NCBI GenBank assembly: GCA_964490725.1 | Contig: CAZBDU010000014.1 | Coordinates: forward strand, 8,866-72,865 | DNA from: an uncultured Spirochaetaceae bacterium | GTDB lineage: Bacteria; Spirochaetota; Spirochaetia; SZUA-6; DRHE01 | Direction of reading: 5' to 3' | Length of the DNA: 64,000 nucleotides | Shown: positions 36,514 through 46,654 of the stretch, one piece after another | How the letters are laid out: every line of letters starts with the position of its first letter | Numbering within the stretch: the stretch's first letter is position 1 | Notes under the pieces: generated by a model | Seen by the model: the letters and a program-made list of their open reading frames with translations, nothing else | What the model was told of the DNA's origin: nothing | The model's database searches: none | Position numbers and translations under genes: made by a program

Positions 36514-36582
36514 TACCCTACCCCCCAGGGGTGCACTTTGGGTCCACCTTGATTGTATAACACACGGCAGAGGAAACTGCAA
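36514..36582 (-). promoter_or_regulatory. Second upstream promoter-like element (TTGCAG-N17-TATACA) plus operator copy S4 (minus-strand CACCCCTGGGGGGTAGGGTA, 36533-36514)
   Basis: Read directly. The site sits about 190 bp upstream of S3, in the gap after the copA stop. Confidence 0.5.
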
Positions 36583-36700
36583 GAGCAGGATAGCCAGCGA
36601 GGCGAGGAAGCAGGGTTTCTCTTCCGCCTGGGAAATCGCCGCGGAGCCCCCTGCCTCTAGACAGCTCGCCCAGCGGCAGGCGTTGCCGCGGCAGTCTCCG

Positions 36701-39673
36701 TCAGCCCGTGTACCTCGCTGGTTCGCTCTGGAAGCGCTCCCGGCATGTCTCGGAACAGAAGGAGTAAGTCTTGCCGGCGTGCTCGATCCGAGCTGCCGCC
36801 GCGGCGGGGTCGATGGTCATGCCGCAGACCGGGTCCTGGACCCCGTTGTCTCCTGCCCGAACCCGGTGCTGGCCTTCGCTCACCTCCACGCGCACCTCCG
36901 TCTCCGCGGCGACGCTCCTCCTGGCTTCGGGAAGGCTGGAACTGCGGTACCGGCGCAGGCGGTTGGCGTTCATCACTACCGACAGCGAGCTGGCCGCCAT
37001 GGCGGCCGCGGCGATCATGGGGCTCAGCAGGATGCCGAACAGCGGGTAGAGGACGCCCGCGGCGATGGGGATGCCGATGGAGTTGTAGGCAAAGGCGAAG
37101 AACAGGTTCTGGCGAATGTTGCGCATGGTCGAGCGGCTGAGCGTGAAGGCCGTGACCACCCCTTCCAGCTCTCCGGAGATCAGCGTGATGTCCGAGGACT
37201 CGATGGCAACGTCCGTTCCGGTGCCGATGGCCAGCCCTACGTCGGCCTGCGCCAGGGCAGGGGCGTCGTTGATCCCGTCGCCAACCATGGCGACGAGCTT
37301 TCCCTCCCCCTGCAGCCTTCTCACCTCGAGGGCCTTGTCCTCCGGCAGCACCTCGGCCAGCACTCGGGTGATCCCCACCTGCCGGGCAATGGCCTCGGCG
37401 GTGCGGCGGTTGTCACCCGTGATCATCACCGCCTCCAGCCCCAGCATCCGGAGCGCCCGGATGGCCGCCGCGGAGTCCTCCTTCACGGTGTCGGCCACGG
37501 CAACGACGCCGGCGGCTCTTCCGTCCACGGCGACGAACATCGGCGTCTTGCCTTCCCCGGCCAGCCGGTCCGCCTCGGCTTCCAGGCCGCCGGCCTCCAC
37601 GCCGGCATCCGCAAGAAGCCTGCTGTTTCCCACCAACACCTGGCGGCCGTCTACCGCCACGCTGATCCCCTTTCCGGTGATGGACTGGAAGTCCTTCGGC
37701 TCGGCCAGCGGCAGGCCCTGCGCCTCCGCCGCCTCGATGATCGCCTGCCCGAGGGGATGCTCGGACGTCCGTTCCGCGGAGGCTACCAGTCGCAGAAGCT
37801 GTTCCCGGTCCAGGCCGTTCTGCGCCACGATCACGTCTGTCAGGGCGGGTTTGCCCCGGGTGATGGTTCCCGTCTTGTCCAGGACCAGGGTGCGCAGCTT
37901 GTGAGCCGTCTCCAGGGCCTCGGCCGAGCGGATCAGGATGCCGCTCTGCGCCCCCTTGCCGGTGGCCACCATGATGGACAGAGGCGTGGCCAGCCCCAGG
38001 GCGCAGGGGCAGGCGATGATGAGCACTGACACCGCGCTTACCAGGGCGAAGGTGAAGGCCGGCTGCGGGCCGAATACGAACCAGACCACGAAGGCGGCGA
38101 TGGCGATGAACATCACGGCGGGCACGAAGTAGCTGGAGACCAAATCCGCCAGGCGCTGGATGGGCGCCTTGGAGCTCTGCGCCTCCTCCACCAGGCGGAT
38201 GATCTGGGCCAGCATCGTGTCCCTGCCGATCCGGGTGGCCCGGTAGCGGAAGGAGCCAGTCCCGTTGATGGTGGCGCCGATCACCGTGTCCCCTTCGCCC
38301 TTGCGCACGGGGATGCTCTCGCCGGTGACCATGGACTCGTCGACCGTCGAGCTCCCCTCCAGGATCTCGCCGTCTATGGGCACCTTCTCTCCGGGGCGCA
38401 CCAGCACCACGTCTCCCACTTGCACCTCTTCCAGGGGGATGTCCTGCTCCTGGCCGCCGCGAACCACCCGGGCGGTCTTGGCCTGCAGCCCGATCAGCTT
38501 GCGGATGGCCTCTCCGGTGCCTCCCTTGGCGATGGCCTCCAGGAGACGTCCCAGGAGGATGAGCGTGATGATCACCCCCACCGCCTCGTAGTAGACGTGC
38601 TGCAGCCTCTCCGGCAGGATCCCCGGCGCCACCGTTGCCACCAGGCTGTAGGTGAAGGCGGCCAGGCTCCCCACGGTGATGAGGCTGTTCATGTCCGCGC
38701 TGCGGTGGGCCAGGGTGAGCCAGCCGGTGCGGTGGATCGGCCAGCCGCTGAACAGCAGCACCGGCACGATCAGGGCAAGCTGTACCCACCGGTTGAGAAG
38801 GATCGGTGGAACCAGCCTCCCGCCGCCGAAGTCGCCTACCATCACGGCATAGAGAACCGGCAGGGTGAGGACGGCGGCGACGACGAAGCGGCGGGTCAGG
38901 TCGCGCCGCTCCGCCCGGCGATCGTCGGCCTCCCGGTCCTCGGTCTCCGCGCTTCCCGGCCGCTCCCGCTCCCGGATCCGGTATCCGGCCCGGTCGACGG
39001 CCTCCCGCATCTGGTCCACCGAGACCTGCCCCGGATCGTAGTCCACCGTGACCCGCTCTGCCCCGAAGTTCACGCGGGCTCCCTGGACTCCCGGAAGCTC
39101 GTTCAGGAACCCTTCGATGTTGACCGCGCAGGTGGGGCAAGTGACTCCCCCGCCGGCGATGGCGAACTCCACCGTCTCCGGTTTGGCGGTTTCCAGGTGC
39201 GGTCCGACGCCCACTGCCTGGGCGTAGCTGGATTTGCCGTCGCCCGCGCCCGACGGCCCTTCCTGTGCGGTGGTCTCCACGCGCGAGGTCTGCCCGGAAT
39301 CCTCTTCGACGATCAGCGATCCGTGCAGCATGTTCATCCCGCAGGCGAAGGCGAAGACGCCCGTCCGGTCGGGAACGAGCTCCACCGGCGTAACCTGGAA
39401 TGGCGCCAGGTTCTTGCCGACCTTGAAGTCGGGAAAGACGATCCGCGACGAGCAGTCGCTCGCCTCCTGGCGATCGATCAACAGGCGGAGTGGAACCCCC
39501 TTCCGCACCCGGATGGTGTCAGGGGTGTATCCTCCCTTTACGGTCATACGGATTTCCTGGACTCCGCCCTTGACCTGGGCCTGGCTGGCCCTCTTGGGAC
39601 CGAAGAAAAACCAGGAAAGCAGGGCGACGATCAGGGCGCTCCCTGTCACGACCAAGATTTCTGCAACTCCCAT
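36701..39673 (-). CDS. copA: Cu(I)-translocating P1B-1 ATPase CopA with an N-terminal TM anchor, cupredoxin-like domain, HMA domain and C-terminal YHS/TRASH domain
   Basis: GGAAGGAGG SD. HMA domain ([10 protein letters not shown]), then [38 protein letters not shown] and MAASS. C-terminus [35 protein letters not shown]. Confidence 0.95.
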   Translation of the reverse strand: MGVAEILVVTGSALIVALLSWFFFGPKRASQAQVKGGVQEIRMTVKGGYTPDTIRVRKGVPLRLLIDRQEASDCSSRIVFPDFKVGKNLAPFQVTPVELVPDRTGVFAFACGMNMLHGSLIVEEDSGQTSRVETTAQEGPSGAGDGKSSYAQAVGVGPHLETAKPETVEFAIAGGGVTCPTCAVNIEGFLNELPGVQGARVNFGAERVTVDYDPGQVSVDQMREAVDRAGYRIRERERPGSAETEDREADDRRAERRDLTRRFVVAAVLTLPVLYAVMVGDFGGGRLVPPILLNRWVQLALIVPVLLFSGWPIHRTGWLTLAHRSADMNSLITVGSLAAFTYSLVATVAPGILPERLQHVYYEAVGVIITLILLGRLLEAIAKGGTGEAIRKLIGLQAKTARVVRGGQEQDIPLEEVQVGDVVLVRPGEKVPIDGEILEGSSTVDESMVTGESIPVRKGEGDTVIGATINGTGSFRYRATRIGRDTMLAQIIRLVEEAQSSKAPIQRLADLVSSYFVPAVMFIAIAAFVVWFVFGPQPAFTFALVSAVSVLIIACPCALGLATPLSIMVATGKGAQSGILIRSAEALETAHKLRTLVLDKTGTITRGKPALTDVIVAQNGLDREQLLRLVASAERTSEHPLGQAIIEAAEAQGLPLAEPKDFQSITGKGISVAVDGRQVLVGNSRLLADAGVEAGGLEAEADRLAGEGKTPMFVAVDGRAAGVVAVADTVKEDSAAAIRALRMLGLEAVMITGDNRRTAEAIARQVGITRVLAEVLPEDKALEVRRLQGEGKLVAMVGDGINDAPALAQADVGLAIGTGTDVAIESSDITLISGELEGVVTAFTLSRSTMRNIRQNLFFAFAYNSIGIPIAAGVLYPLFGILLSPMIAAAAMAASSLSVVMNANRLRRYRSSSLPEARRSVAAETEVRVEVSEGQHRVRAGDNGVQDPVCGMTIDPAAAAARIEHAGKTYSFCSETCRERFQSEPARYTG

Positions 39674-39729
39674 CGCGGACGCCTCCTTCCTGCCCGGCGG
39701 CCAGCAGTGCCTGACGCTGCGGAGACTAA

Positions 39730-39790
39730 ATACCCGACCCCCTAATGGTAATTGTGGATAGAATTTAGTGAAAGAGCCGCGGCGAGGCAA
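39730..39790 (-). promoter_or_regulatory. copA promoter candidate (TTGCCT-N17-TAAATT) plus degenerate operator copy S8 (minus-strand TACCATTAGGGGGTCGGGTAT, 39750-39730)
   Basis: Read directly. The site matches about 16 of 21 positions of the consensus from the other copies. The region is locally AT-rich. Confidence 0.45.
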
Positions 39791-39973
39791 CCGGTCTGCA
39801 CGAACGGCAGCTGGAAGTCGGGTTCCGCCGCTGATGTCCGGCGGAGGGAAGCGCTCCCCGCCGGCCGGCGCACGCACCTTGACGGAGATGGCCGCTTATG
39901 AGGGACTTATGAGGGAATAGAGGAGACTCGAGACTTTCGGCGCTAAACCCAAACCCCAGGAGGTATACAACGC

Positions 39974-40258
39974 GTGAATGGATTCGTCGCAGCCCATGGT
40001 GATCCAGAGATTCAGCAGCTGCAGCCCATGCTGGAGCGCATCTGGCGGAGCAAGCAGGAGTTCTCCCAGGGCTCGGGCTCGGCGGATCCGCTGATCCCCT
40101 ATTTCGAAACCCGGATCTCCGACGGAGAGCTGGTAGGGGCTCGCGCCGAGTTCCTTCAGATTGGCAGCGAGGAGGAGCTTTACTACCTCAACATCTTCAC
40201 GGACCATTTCGGCAAGGGAGGGGCCGTGGACACCGTGGGTCAGTGGATCTCCCTGTAG
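39974..40258 (+). CDS. Hypothetical protein (94 aa)
   Basis: GC at third codon positions is clearly higher for this frame than for the overlapping 39896-40366 minus-strand ORF. I do not recognise a family. GTG start. Confidence 0.4.
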   Translation: MNGFVAAHGDPEIQQLQPMLERIWRSKQEFSQGSGSADPLIPYFETRISDGELVGARAEFLQIGSEEELYYLNIFTDHFGKGGAVDTVGQWISL

Positions 40259-40333
40259 GGCGGCGGCGAGAAGCCATCGGACCCGGGGTGGTCTTCTCCT
40301 GAAGGGATCTTGGAGCCAATCACAGGACGCGGG

Positions 40334-40389
40334 TTGACACTTTTCAGGAACTGGACTAAGCTGCATTCCATACCCCAGGGGGGTAGGGT
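40334..40389 (+). promoter_or_regulatory. Promoter (TTGACA-N17-TAAGCT) plus operator copy S5 TACCCCAGGGGGGTAGGGT (40371-40389)
   Basis: Read directly. The operator starts 8 nt after the -10 box. Confidence 0.7.
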
Positions 40390-40448
40390 CAAAATCGCGT
40401 CGCCGCTGAAGCCGGTGTGGGCGAATGTACGTCGAGGAGGGACATGCA

Positions 40449-41441
40449 ATGGAACGCTACAGGCCGGCGTTGGTCGGCCTCTTGGGGGCCTTCGGGCTCC
40501 TGGCAGTCTACTTTCTGGTCCTGATCCTGGCGGAGTCCGCGGAGCACGCGCTGGAGCAGCTCGCGCAGCTCGGGTTTTGGATCACCCTCCTGGCCGCAGG
40601 GTTCGGCCTGCAGCTGGGGCTGTACGCCTTCGTCCGCGGCCGGCTGCGGCGGCGCCGCGCTACGGCGGAGGTGGCGGCCACCGGCGGCCTGTCCACCGGC
40701 GCCATGATCGCCTGCTGCGCGCACCACCTGGTGGATGTGCTGCCCGTCCTGGGGCTGACCGCGGCGGCGATCTTTCTGACGCGCTACCAGCTGGGATTCC
40801 TCGTGCTGGGAGTAGGGGCCAACCTGCTCGGGGTCGTGGTGATGCTGGGGATCATTCAGCGCCACGGGCTGTACCAGCCGGGAGGCTGGCTGCGCGGGCT
40901 GTTCAGTTTCGACATGCGGCGCCTGCGCAACCTCACCGCCGTTCTGGCCTCCGTGGCGGTGGCGGTCACGTTCCTGCTGGTGAGCGAGCAGGCCGGGGCA
41001 GCCGGCAGCAGCCGGCGGGGGTCGCTGGCTGTGCGCCCGGAGCCTCTTGCCCAGGGCGGGGCCGGTTCGGGCGTTGCGGACGCTGTCTCGCAGGAGGGCG
41101 TCGCGGCGGCCAGGACGCTGGAGGCGCAGGTGGACGGGCGCAACTTCGTCTCCGTGGCGGTGCAGCCGGTGGAGTTCCGGCGCGACGGGCCGGTGACCTT
41201 CGCGGTAAGCCTCAACACCCACCAGGGGGACCTGGGCTTCGACGTGGCCGAGATCGCGTTTCTGGAGGACGACCTGGGCAACCGGTACCTCCCGACGGGC
41301 TGGGACGGCTCCCCGCCCGGAGGACATCACAGGAGGGGGACGCTGCGCTTCCCTTCGCTGGCGCCGGACGCCGGCTTAGTGCGGCTGACCCTCAGGAACA
41401 TCTACCAGATCCCGGAGCGCGTGTTTGAATGGAAGCTTTGA
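40449..41441 (+). CDS. Membrane protein with an intramembrane CCAHH motif and a C-terminal extracytoplasmic domain with a GGHHR motif
   Basis: GAGGAGGG SD. Four predicted TM helices, the third reading GGLSTGAMIACCAHHLVDVLPVLG. Soluble C-terminus ..VSLNTHQGDLGFDVAEIAFLEDDLGNRYLPTGWDGSPPGGHHRRGTLRFP. Confidence 0.7.
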   Translation: MERYRPALVGLLGAFGLLAVYFLVLILAESAEHALEQLAQLGFWITLLAAGFGLQLGLYAFVRGRLRRRRATAEVAATGGLSTGAMIACCAHHLVDVLPVLGLTAAAIFLTRYQLGFLVLGVGANLLGVVVMLGIIQRHGLYQPGGWLRGLFSFDMRRLRNLTAVLASVAVAVTFLLVSEQAGAAGSSRRGSLAVRPEPLAQGGAGSGVADAVSQEGVAAARTLEAQVDGRNFVSVAVQPVEFRRDGPVTFAVSLNTHQGDLGFDVAEIAFLEDDLGNRYLPTGWDGSPPGGHHRRGTLRFPSLAPDAGLVRLTLRNIYQIPERVFEWKL

Positions 41442-41478
41442 TGCAACTGCGAGGACATAGAAGAGCGGGGGAGGGCGG

Positions 41479-42801
41479 ATGGCCCTGCTGAAGACGCGCC
41501 GCATCCGGGGCGGGGTGCATCCTGCCTACCATCGGGAGCTGGCCGCAGAGGAACCGATCCGCAGGGCGGCGGTCCCCGCGCTTCTCACGGTTCCCCTCTC
41601 CCAGCACACCGGGGTGCCCTGCGAGGCGGTGGTGTCCGCGGGAGAGCAGGTGGCGGAGGGGCAGCCGATCGGCCGCGCCTCTGGACGGATCTCTGCGGCG
41701 GTGCACGCCCCGGTGAGCGGCACCGTGAAGCGCGTGGAGCCCGCGCCCCATCCGCTGGGACGGAAGGCCATGGCGGTGCTCATCGAGCCCGACGGCCGGG
41801 AGGACAGGCGCTACCTGGAGCCGCTGGGTGAGGCGGTGGAGACCCTGGCGCCGGAGGCGATCAGGGAGCGGGTGCGGGAGGCGGGGATCGTGGGCCTGGG
41901 AGGGGCGGCTTTCCCGGCACACGTGAAGTACTCTCCCCCCGCGGGCCGGCCGATCGACGTGCTGATCATCAACGGCTGCGAGTGCGAGCCCTACCTGACG
42001 GCGGACTACCGGATCATGGTGGAGCACGCCGCCGATGTGGTGCTGGGAGCCAGGCTGATCGCACACACTCTGGGTGTGGAGCGCATCGTGGCCGCGGTGG
42101 AGGACGACAAGCCGCGGGCCCTGGAGCGCCTGCAGGAGAAGGGAGGACAGGCGCTGCAGTACGCCTCGCTTCCGGCCCGCTACCCCCAGGGGGCGGAGAA
42201 GGTGCTGATCAAGGCGCTGCTGGACCGGGAGGTGCCGCGGGGAGGGCTGCCGCTGGACGTGGGAGTGGTGGTGGCCAACGTGGGTACCGCCCGGGCGGTA
42301 GCGGAGGCGGTTCGGGACGGCAAGCCCCTGATCGAGCGGGTGGTGACGGTCACCGGTGGCGGGGTGAGGCGGCCGGGCAACTTCCTGGCCCGCATCGGCA
42401 CGCCCTTCTCCGCGCTGCTGGAAGAGGCCGGCGGCCTGACCGGGCCCGCAGGCAAGCTGGTGATGGGTGGGCCCATGATGGGGGTGGCGCAGCTTTCGCT
42501 GGAGACGCCGGTGGTGAAGGGCACCTCCGGTCTCCTGGTGCAGCCAGCCGGGGAGGCGGCCACCGATGGGCACCTGCCCTGCATCCGCTGCGGCCTGTGT
42601 GTGCGGGCCTGCCCGATGGGGCTGCTTCCCTCCACGCTGTCGGTAATGGGGGAAGCCCGCCGCTGGGAGCTGGCCGAAGGCTACGGGGTGTTCGACTGCA
42701 TCGAGTGCGGCTGCTGCACCTACGTCTGTCCGGCCAAGCGTCCCATCGTGCAGTGGGTCCGGGAGACCAAGCTGCATCTGCGGGCCGCAAAGAGCAAGTA
42801 G
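41479..42801 (+). CDS. rnfC: Rnf complex subunit C
   Basis: GGVHPAYHRELA.., NAD/FMN-binding GLGGAAFP, and two ferredoxin motifs CIRCGLCVRACP and CIECGCCTYVCP. Confidence 0.9.
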   Translation: MALLKTRRIRGGVHPAYHRELAAEEPIRRAAVPALLTVPLSQHTGVPCEAVVSAGEQVAEGQPIGRASGRISAAVHAPVSGTVKRVEPAPHPLGRKAMAVLIEPDGREDRRYLEPLGEAVETLAPEAIRERVREAGIVGLGGAAFPAHVKYSPPAGRPIDVLIINGCECEPYLTADYRIMVEHAADVVLGARLIAHTLGVERIVAAVEDDKPRALERLQEKGGQALQYASLPARYPQGAEKVLIKALLDREVPRGGLPLDVGVVVANVGTARAVAEAVRDGKPLIERVVTVTGGGVRRPGNFLARIGTPFSALLEEAGGLTGPAGKLVMGGPMMGVAQLSLETPVVKGTSGLLVQPAGEAATDGHLPCIRCGLCVRACPMGLLPSTLSVMGEARRWELAEGYGVFDCIECGCCTYVCPAKRPIVQWVRETKLHLRAAKSK

Positions 42802-42802
42802 A

Positions 42803-43774
42803 ATGGCTGAAGAGAAGCTTCCCGTCCTGACCGTTTCCTCCTCACCCCACGCCCGGGGGCCCGAATCGGTGCGCCGCATCATGGCCAGCGTGCTGGTCTG
42901 TCTGCTGCCGGCGGTGGTCTACAGCGTGGTTCGGTTTGGCGCCCACGTGGCGCTCATGTACGCAGTGGCCGTGGCCACCTGCCTGGCGGCGGAGGCAGGG
43001 GCGGTGCGTCTGCGCGGGCGCCCCTTCACCCTGGGCGACCTGAGCGCCGTGGTGACGGGGGTGTTGCTGGTGATGACCCTGCCACCTCGGTTTCCTATCT
43101 ACGGGGTGGTCCTGGGCGCCGCCGTGGCGATCGTGATCGGCAAGCAGATCTTCGGAGGCCTGGGGCACAACATCTTCAACCCCGCGCTGGTGGGGCGGGC
43201 CTTCCTGGCCGCCACCTACCCGGTGTTCATCTCGGACTTCTCCCTGGCGGCGGACGCCACCACCGGGGCCACGCCGCTGGCCGCCGCCAAGTTCGACGGG
43301 GTGTCCACGCCGCTCCAGGGATTGTTCCTGGGCACCGTGAGCGGCTCGGTGGGAGAGACCAGCGCGCTGCTGCTCCTGGCCGGCTCGGTGTACCTGTTCG
43401 CCCGCGGCTACCTCAAGTGGCGGATTCCGCTTGCCATCGCAGTGACTGTCGCGATCCTCGGCCAGGCATTTCACTTCCTCGCGCCCCAGCGCTATCCCGA
43501 TGCATTGCATCACCTCCTGGCCGGGGGTCTTTTTCTGGGGGCTCTCTACATGGCGACCGACCCGGTCACCTCGCCCCTGAGCGCGCGGGGCGGGGTGATC
43601 TTCGGCGTCGGCATCGGAATACTGGTGGTGGTGATCCGGCTGTTCGGAGGGCTGCCCGAGGGGATGATGTACGCGGTGCTCCTGATGAACTCAGGCGTGC
43701 CCCTCATCAACAGGGGCACCAGGCCGCGCATCCTGGGAGAGCGGCCGCCTGCGGCCGCGGGAGGCCGACGGTGA
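42803..43774 (+). CDS. rnfD: Rnf complex subunit D
   Basis: Polytopic NqrB/RnfD-type protein with the ..YMATDPVTSP.. motif. Confidence 0.9.
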   Translation: MAEEKLPVLTVSSSPHARGPESVRRIMASVLVCLLPAVVYSVVRFGAHVALMYAVAVATCLAAEAGAVRLRGRPFTLGDLSAVVTGVLLVMTLPPRFPIYGVVLGAAVAIVIGKQIFGGLGHNIFNPALVGRAFLAATYPVFISDFSLAADATTGATPLAAAKFDGVSTPLQGLFLGTVSGSVGETSALLLLAGSVYLFARGYLKWRIPLAIAVTVAILGQAFHFLAPQRYPDALHHLLAGGLFLGALYMATDPVTSPLSARGGVIFGVGIGILVVVIRLFGGLPEGMMYAVLLMNSGVPLINRGTRPRILGERPPAAAGGRR

Positions 43775-43788
43775 GCGCCGCAGGCGGC

Positions 43789-44397
43789 ATGAAAGTGCGC
43801 GGCGCCAACCGGGTGCGGATGGTGGTGGTTCTCACCGTAATCGCCCTGGTCTCCGGGGGAGTGCTGGCTCTGACCTACCTGGTGAGCAGCCCGGCCATCC
43901 AGGCGAACCAGGCGGAATCCCTGCGCAGGTCCATCTACGAGGTGGTCTCCGGCGTGTCGAAGTACCAGGAGAAGAGCCGCGACGGGATGACCTACTTCGA
44001 GTGCCGGGACGCGGCGGGAAAGCTGGCCGGCTACGCCCTGCCGGCTGAAGGCAACGGCTACCAGGGCACCATCCGGCTCATGATCGGCGTGAGCGCGGAC
44101 CTGGCGACCATCACCGGGCTGGAGGTGTTGGAGCAGGTGGAGACCCCCGGCCTGGGCGGCAGGATCGGGGAGAAGGCCTTCCAGGATCAGTTCCGGGGAC
44201 TGCCCACCCAGCCGCCCATCACCTACGTGAAGAACAAGAAGCCCCAGGGGCCGGCGGAGATCCAGGCCATCACCGGCGCCACCATCTCCACCCGGTCCAC
44301 CGTGGCCATCGTGAACCGCAAGCTGGAGGAGGCCAGGCGAGTCCTCGCCGGGGCCGGCGGGGTGGCCGCGGCGGGCGGGCAGGGAAAGGACCGGTAA
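43789..44397 (+). CDS. rnfG: Rnf complex subunit G (FMN-binding)
   Basis: N-terminal TM anchor, then ..QAITGATISTRS.. flavinylation motif. GTG 43771, which overlaps the rnfD stop, is an alternative start. Confidence 0.85.
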   Translation: MKVRGANRVRMVVVLTVIALVSGGVLALTYLVSSPAIQANQAESLRRSIYEVVSGVSKYQEKSRDGMTYFECRDAAGKLAGYALPAEGNGYQGTIRLMIGVSADLATITGLEVLEQVETPGLGGRIGEKAFQDQFRGLPTQPPITYVKNKKPQGPAEIQAITGATISTRSTVAIVNRKLEEARRVLAGAGGVAAAGGQGKDR

Positions 44398-44399
44398 CC

Positions 44400-45098
44400 A
44401 TGGGCGACCGACTGCTGAAGCAAGGACCGCGCCGCAGGGGACTTTTGGAGCTGGCCAAGGGGTTCTGGCGGGAGAACCCCGTGCTGGTGACGGTGCTGGG
44501 CCTGTGTCCCACCCTGGCGGTGACCACTTCCGCGGTGAACGCCCTCACCATGGGGCTGGCGGTGGTGTTCGTGCTCACCGCCTCCAGCGCGATCGTCTCC
44601 CTGATCCGGAATCTTGTGCCCAGACAGGTGCGGATCGCCTCCTTCATCCTGATCATCGCCACCTTCGTAACCATGGTGGACCTGTTTCTGAAGGCCTACT
44701 TTCTGCCTCTCAGCCGGGCGCTGGGACCGTACGTGCCGCTGATCGTGGTGAACTGCATCATCCTGGGACGGGCGGAGTCCTTTGCCTCCAAGAACGGGGT
44801 GGGCCTGTCCATCCTGGACGCCCTGGGCATGAGCCTGGGGTTCACCGCCACCCTCATCGTCCTGGGAGGGATCCGGGAGGTGCTGGGGCAGCGCACCTTC
44901 TTCGGGCTTTCGGTGCTGGGCCAGGGCTTCGAGCCCTGGGTCATCATGATCCTTCCGCCGGGGGCGTTCATCACCCTGGGCTTCCTGCTGGGGGGGAAGA
45001 ACCTGATCGATCGCACTCGCCGGCGCCGGAAGGAGGAGCGGGAGGCTGCAGCCGGCGCCGGCGCGGCGCAGCCGGCGGAGGAGAAGCGGCCGGCATGA
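44400..45098 (+). CDS. rnfE: Rnf complex subunit E
   Basis: ..NPVLVTVLGLCPTLAVT.. is typical of RnfE/NqrD. Confidence 0.9.
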   Translation: MGDRLLKQGPRRRGLLELAKGFWRENPVLVTVLGLCPTLAVTTSAVNALTMGLAVVFVLTASSAIVSLIRNLVPRQVRIASFILIIATFVTMVDLFLKAYFLPLSRALGPYVPLIVVNCIILGRAESFASKNGVGLSILDALGMSLGFTATLIVLGGIREVLGQRTFFGLSVLGQGFEPWVIMILPPGAFITLGFLLGGKNLIDRTRRRRKEEREAAAGAGAAQPAEEKRPA

Positions 45099-45117
45099 GG
45101 GTGGAGGAGAGCGAGCG

Positions 45118-45696
45118 ATGGGGTTGATCCTGATCTTCATCTCCGCGGTGCTGGTGAACAACTTCGTTCTCAGCTACTTCCTGGGCATCTGCCCGTTCCT
45201 GGGCGTGTCCGGGAAGATCGACTCCGCGGTGAGCATGGGCATGGCAGTGACCTTCGTGCTCACCCTGACGGCGGCCATCACCTGGTTGATCAACCGCTAC
45301 ATCCTGGTGGCGCTGGGCCTTCCCTTTCTGGAGTACGTGTCCTTCATCATCGTGATCGCCGCGCTGGTCCAGTTCGTGGAGATGTTCATCCGCAAGACCA
45401 GCAAGGCCCTCTACGACGCGCTGGGGATCTTTCTGCCCCTGATCACCACCAACTGCGCCATTCTGGGGCTGGCCCTGTTCGGGGCCCTGCGGGAGTACGG
45501 GTTTATCCAGAACGTGGTGTTCGGCATCGGGGCGGGGGGTGGATTCACCCTGGCGCTGGTGATCATGGCGGGCATCCGCGAGCAGCTGGAGCTGGCGGAC
45601 GTCCCTGAGTCCCTGAAAGGGGCGGCCATCACGCTGATCATCGCCGGGCTGCTGGCCCTGGCGTTCATGGGCTTCGCCGGGCTGATCTCGGCGTGA
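45118..45696 (+). CDS. rnfA: Rnf complex subunit A
   Basis: ..VLVNNFVLSYFLGICPFLGVS.. is typical of RnfA/NqrE. Confidence 0.9.
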   Translation: MGLILIFISAVLVNNFVLSYFLGICPFLGVSGKIDSAVSMGMAVTFVLTLTAAITWLINRYILVALGLPFLEYVSFIIVIAALVQFVEMFIRKTSKALYDALGIFLPLITTNCAILGLALFGALREYGFIQNVVFGIGAGGGFTLALVIMAGIREQLELADVPESLKGAAITLIIAGLLALAFMGFAGLISA

Positions 45697-45766
45697 AGAC
45701 CTTTGGCGGGCCGCAGCCCGCTCCCCGGTTCGGCGCCGGGGCGGGTGGCGGCGAGAGAGGTTCGTG

Positions 45767-46633
45767 ATGACGATATTGATTGTTTCCCTGGGAAGCATGG
45801 GCGGCATCGGGCTGATCCTGGCCCTGCTGCTGGTCCTGGCGGACCGGCAGCTGGCCGTGAAGGAAGATCCCAGGTTCGAGGAGGCGCTGTCCATCCTTCC
45901 CGGGCTCAACTGCGGCGCCTGCGGCTATCCGCAGTGCTCCGTGTATCTGTCCGCGGTCATGGGCGAGCAGGCGGAGGCCAACCTGTGCAAGCCGGGAGGG
46001 CCGGAGGTGGCCGCGAGACTTGCCGGGTTCCTGGGCGTCGAGGCGGGGACCGTCACCCAGGAGGTGGCGCGGGTGTGCTGCAGCGGCGGCGACCGCGAGG
46101 CGGTGCGCACCCGGGTCTACAACGGCGTGAAGAGCTGCGCCGCGGCCAACCTGGTGGGCGGAGAGAAGGCCTGCCTTTATTCATGCCTGGGCTACGGGGA
46201 CTGCGTGGACTCCTGCCCCTTCGACGCCATCCACATGGGGGAGAACTGCCTGCCGGTGGTGGACCTGGCGAAGTGTACGGGATGCGGCAACTGCGTGGTG
46301 GCCTGCCCGCGGGACATCATTACCCTGGCGGGCTACGAGGAGGCGGTCCACGTGTACTGCATCTCCCGGGACCGGGGGGCGGAGGTGCGCAAGATCTGTA
46401 GCGCCGGCTGCATCGCCTGCAAGCTCTGCGAGAAGGACGACACCACCGGGGCCGTGAAGATCGTGGACAACCTGGCGGTGATCGACTTCTCGGTGCACCC
46501 TGCCCCGGTGGACTCGATTCGCCGCTGTCCCACCAAGGTGATCCGCGTCTCGGAGCCGGTGCCAGGTTTCCAGCCGCGGCGGGCCGAGGCCGCGGCAGCC
46601 GTCGGCGGGCAGGGAGGCCGCAAAGAATCATAG
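45767..46633 (+). CDS. rnfB: Rnf complex subunit B (polyferredoxin)
   Basis: N-terminal TM segment, LPGLNCGACGYPQC, and ferredoxin motifs CLGYGDCVDSCP and CTGCGNCVVACP. Confidence 0.9.
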   Translation: MTILIVSLGSMGGIGLILALLLVLADRQLAVKEDPRFEEALSILPGLNCGACGYPQCSVYLSAVMGEQAEANLCKPGGPEVAARLAGFLGVEAGTVTQEVARVCCSGGDREAVRTRVYNGVKSCAAANLVGGEKACLYSCLGYGDCVDSCPFDAIHMGENCLPVVDLAKCTGCGNCVVACPRDIITLAGYEEAVHVYCISRDRGAEVRKICSAGCIACKLCEKDDTTGAVKIVDNLAVIDFSVHPAPVDSIRRCPTKVIRVSEPVPGFQPRRAEAAAAVGGQGGRKES

Positions 46634-46654
46634 AGGAAGCGAGGAGGTATCGAG

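Noticed and set aside
39896-40366. 156-aa minus-strand ORF between copA and the S5 promoter, which I first considered as a possible small regulator (the missing CsoR).
   Set aside because: It has no CsoR-like C..HC pattern or helical signature. The overlapping plus-strand ORF (39974-40258) has much higher third-position G+C and a more protein-like sequence.
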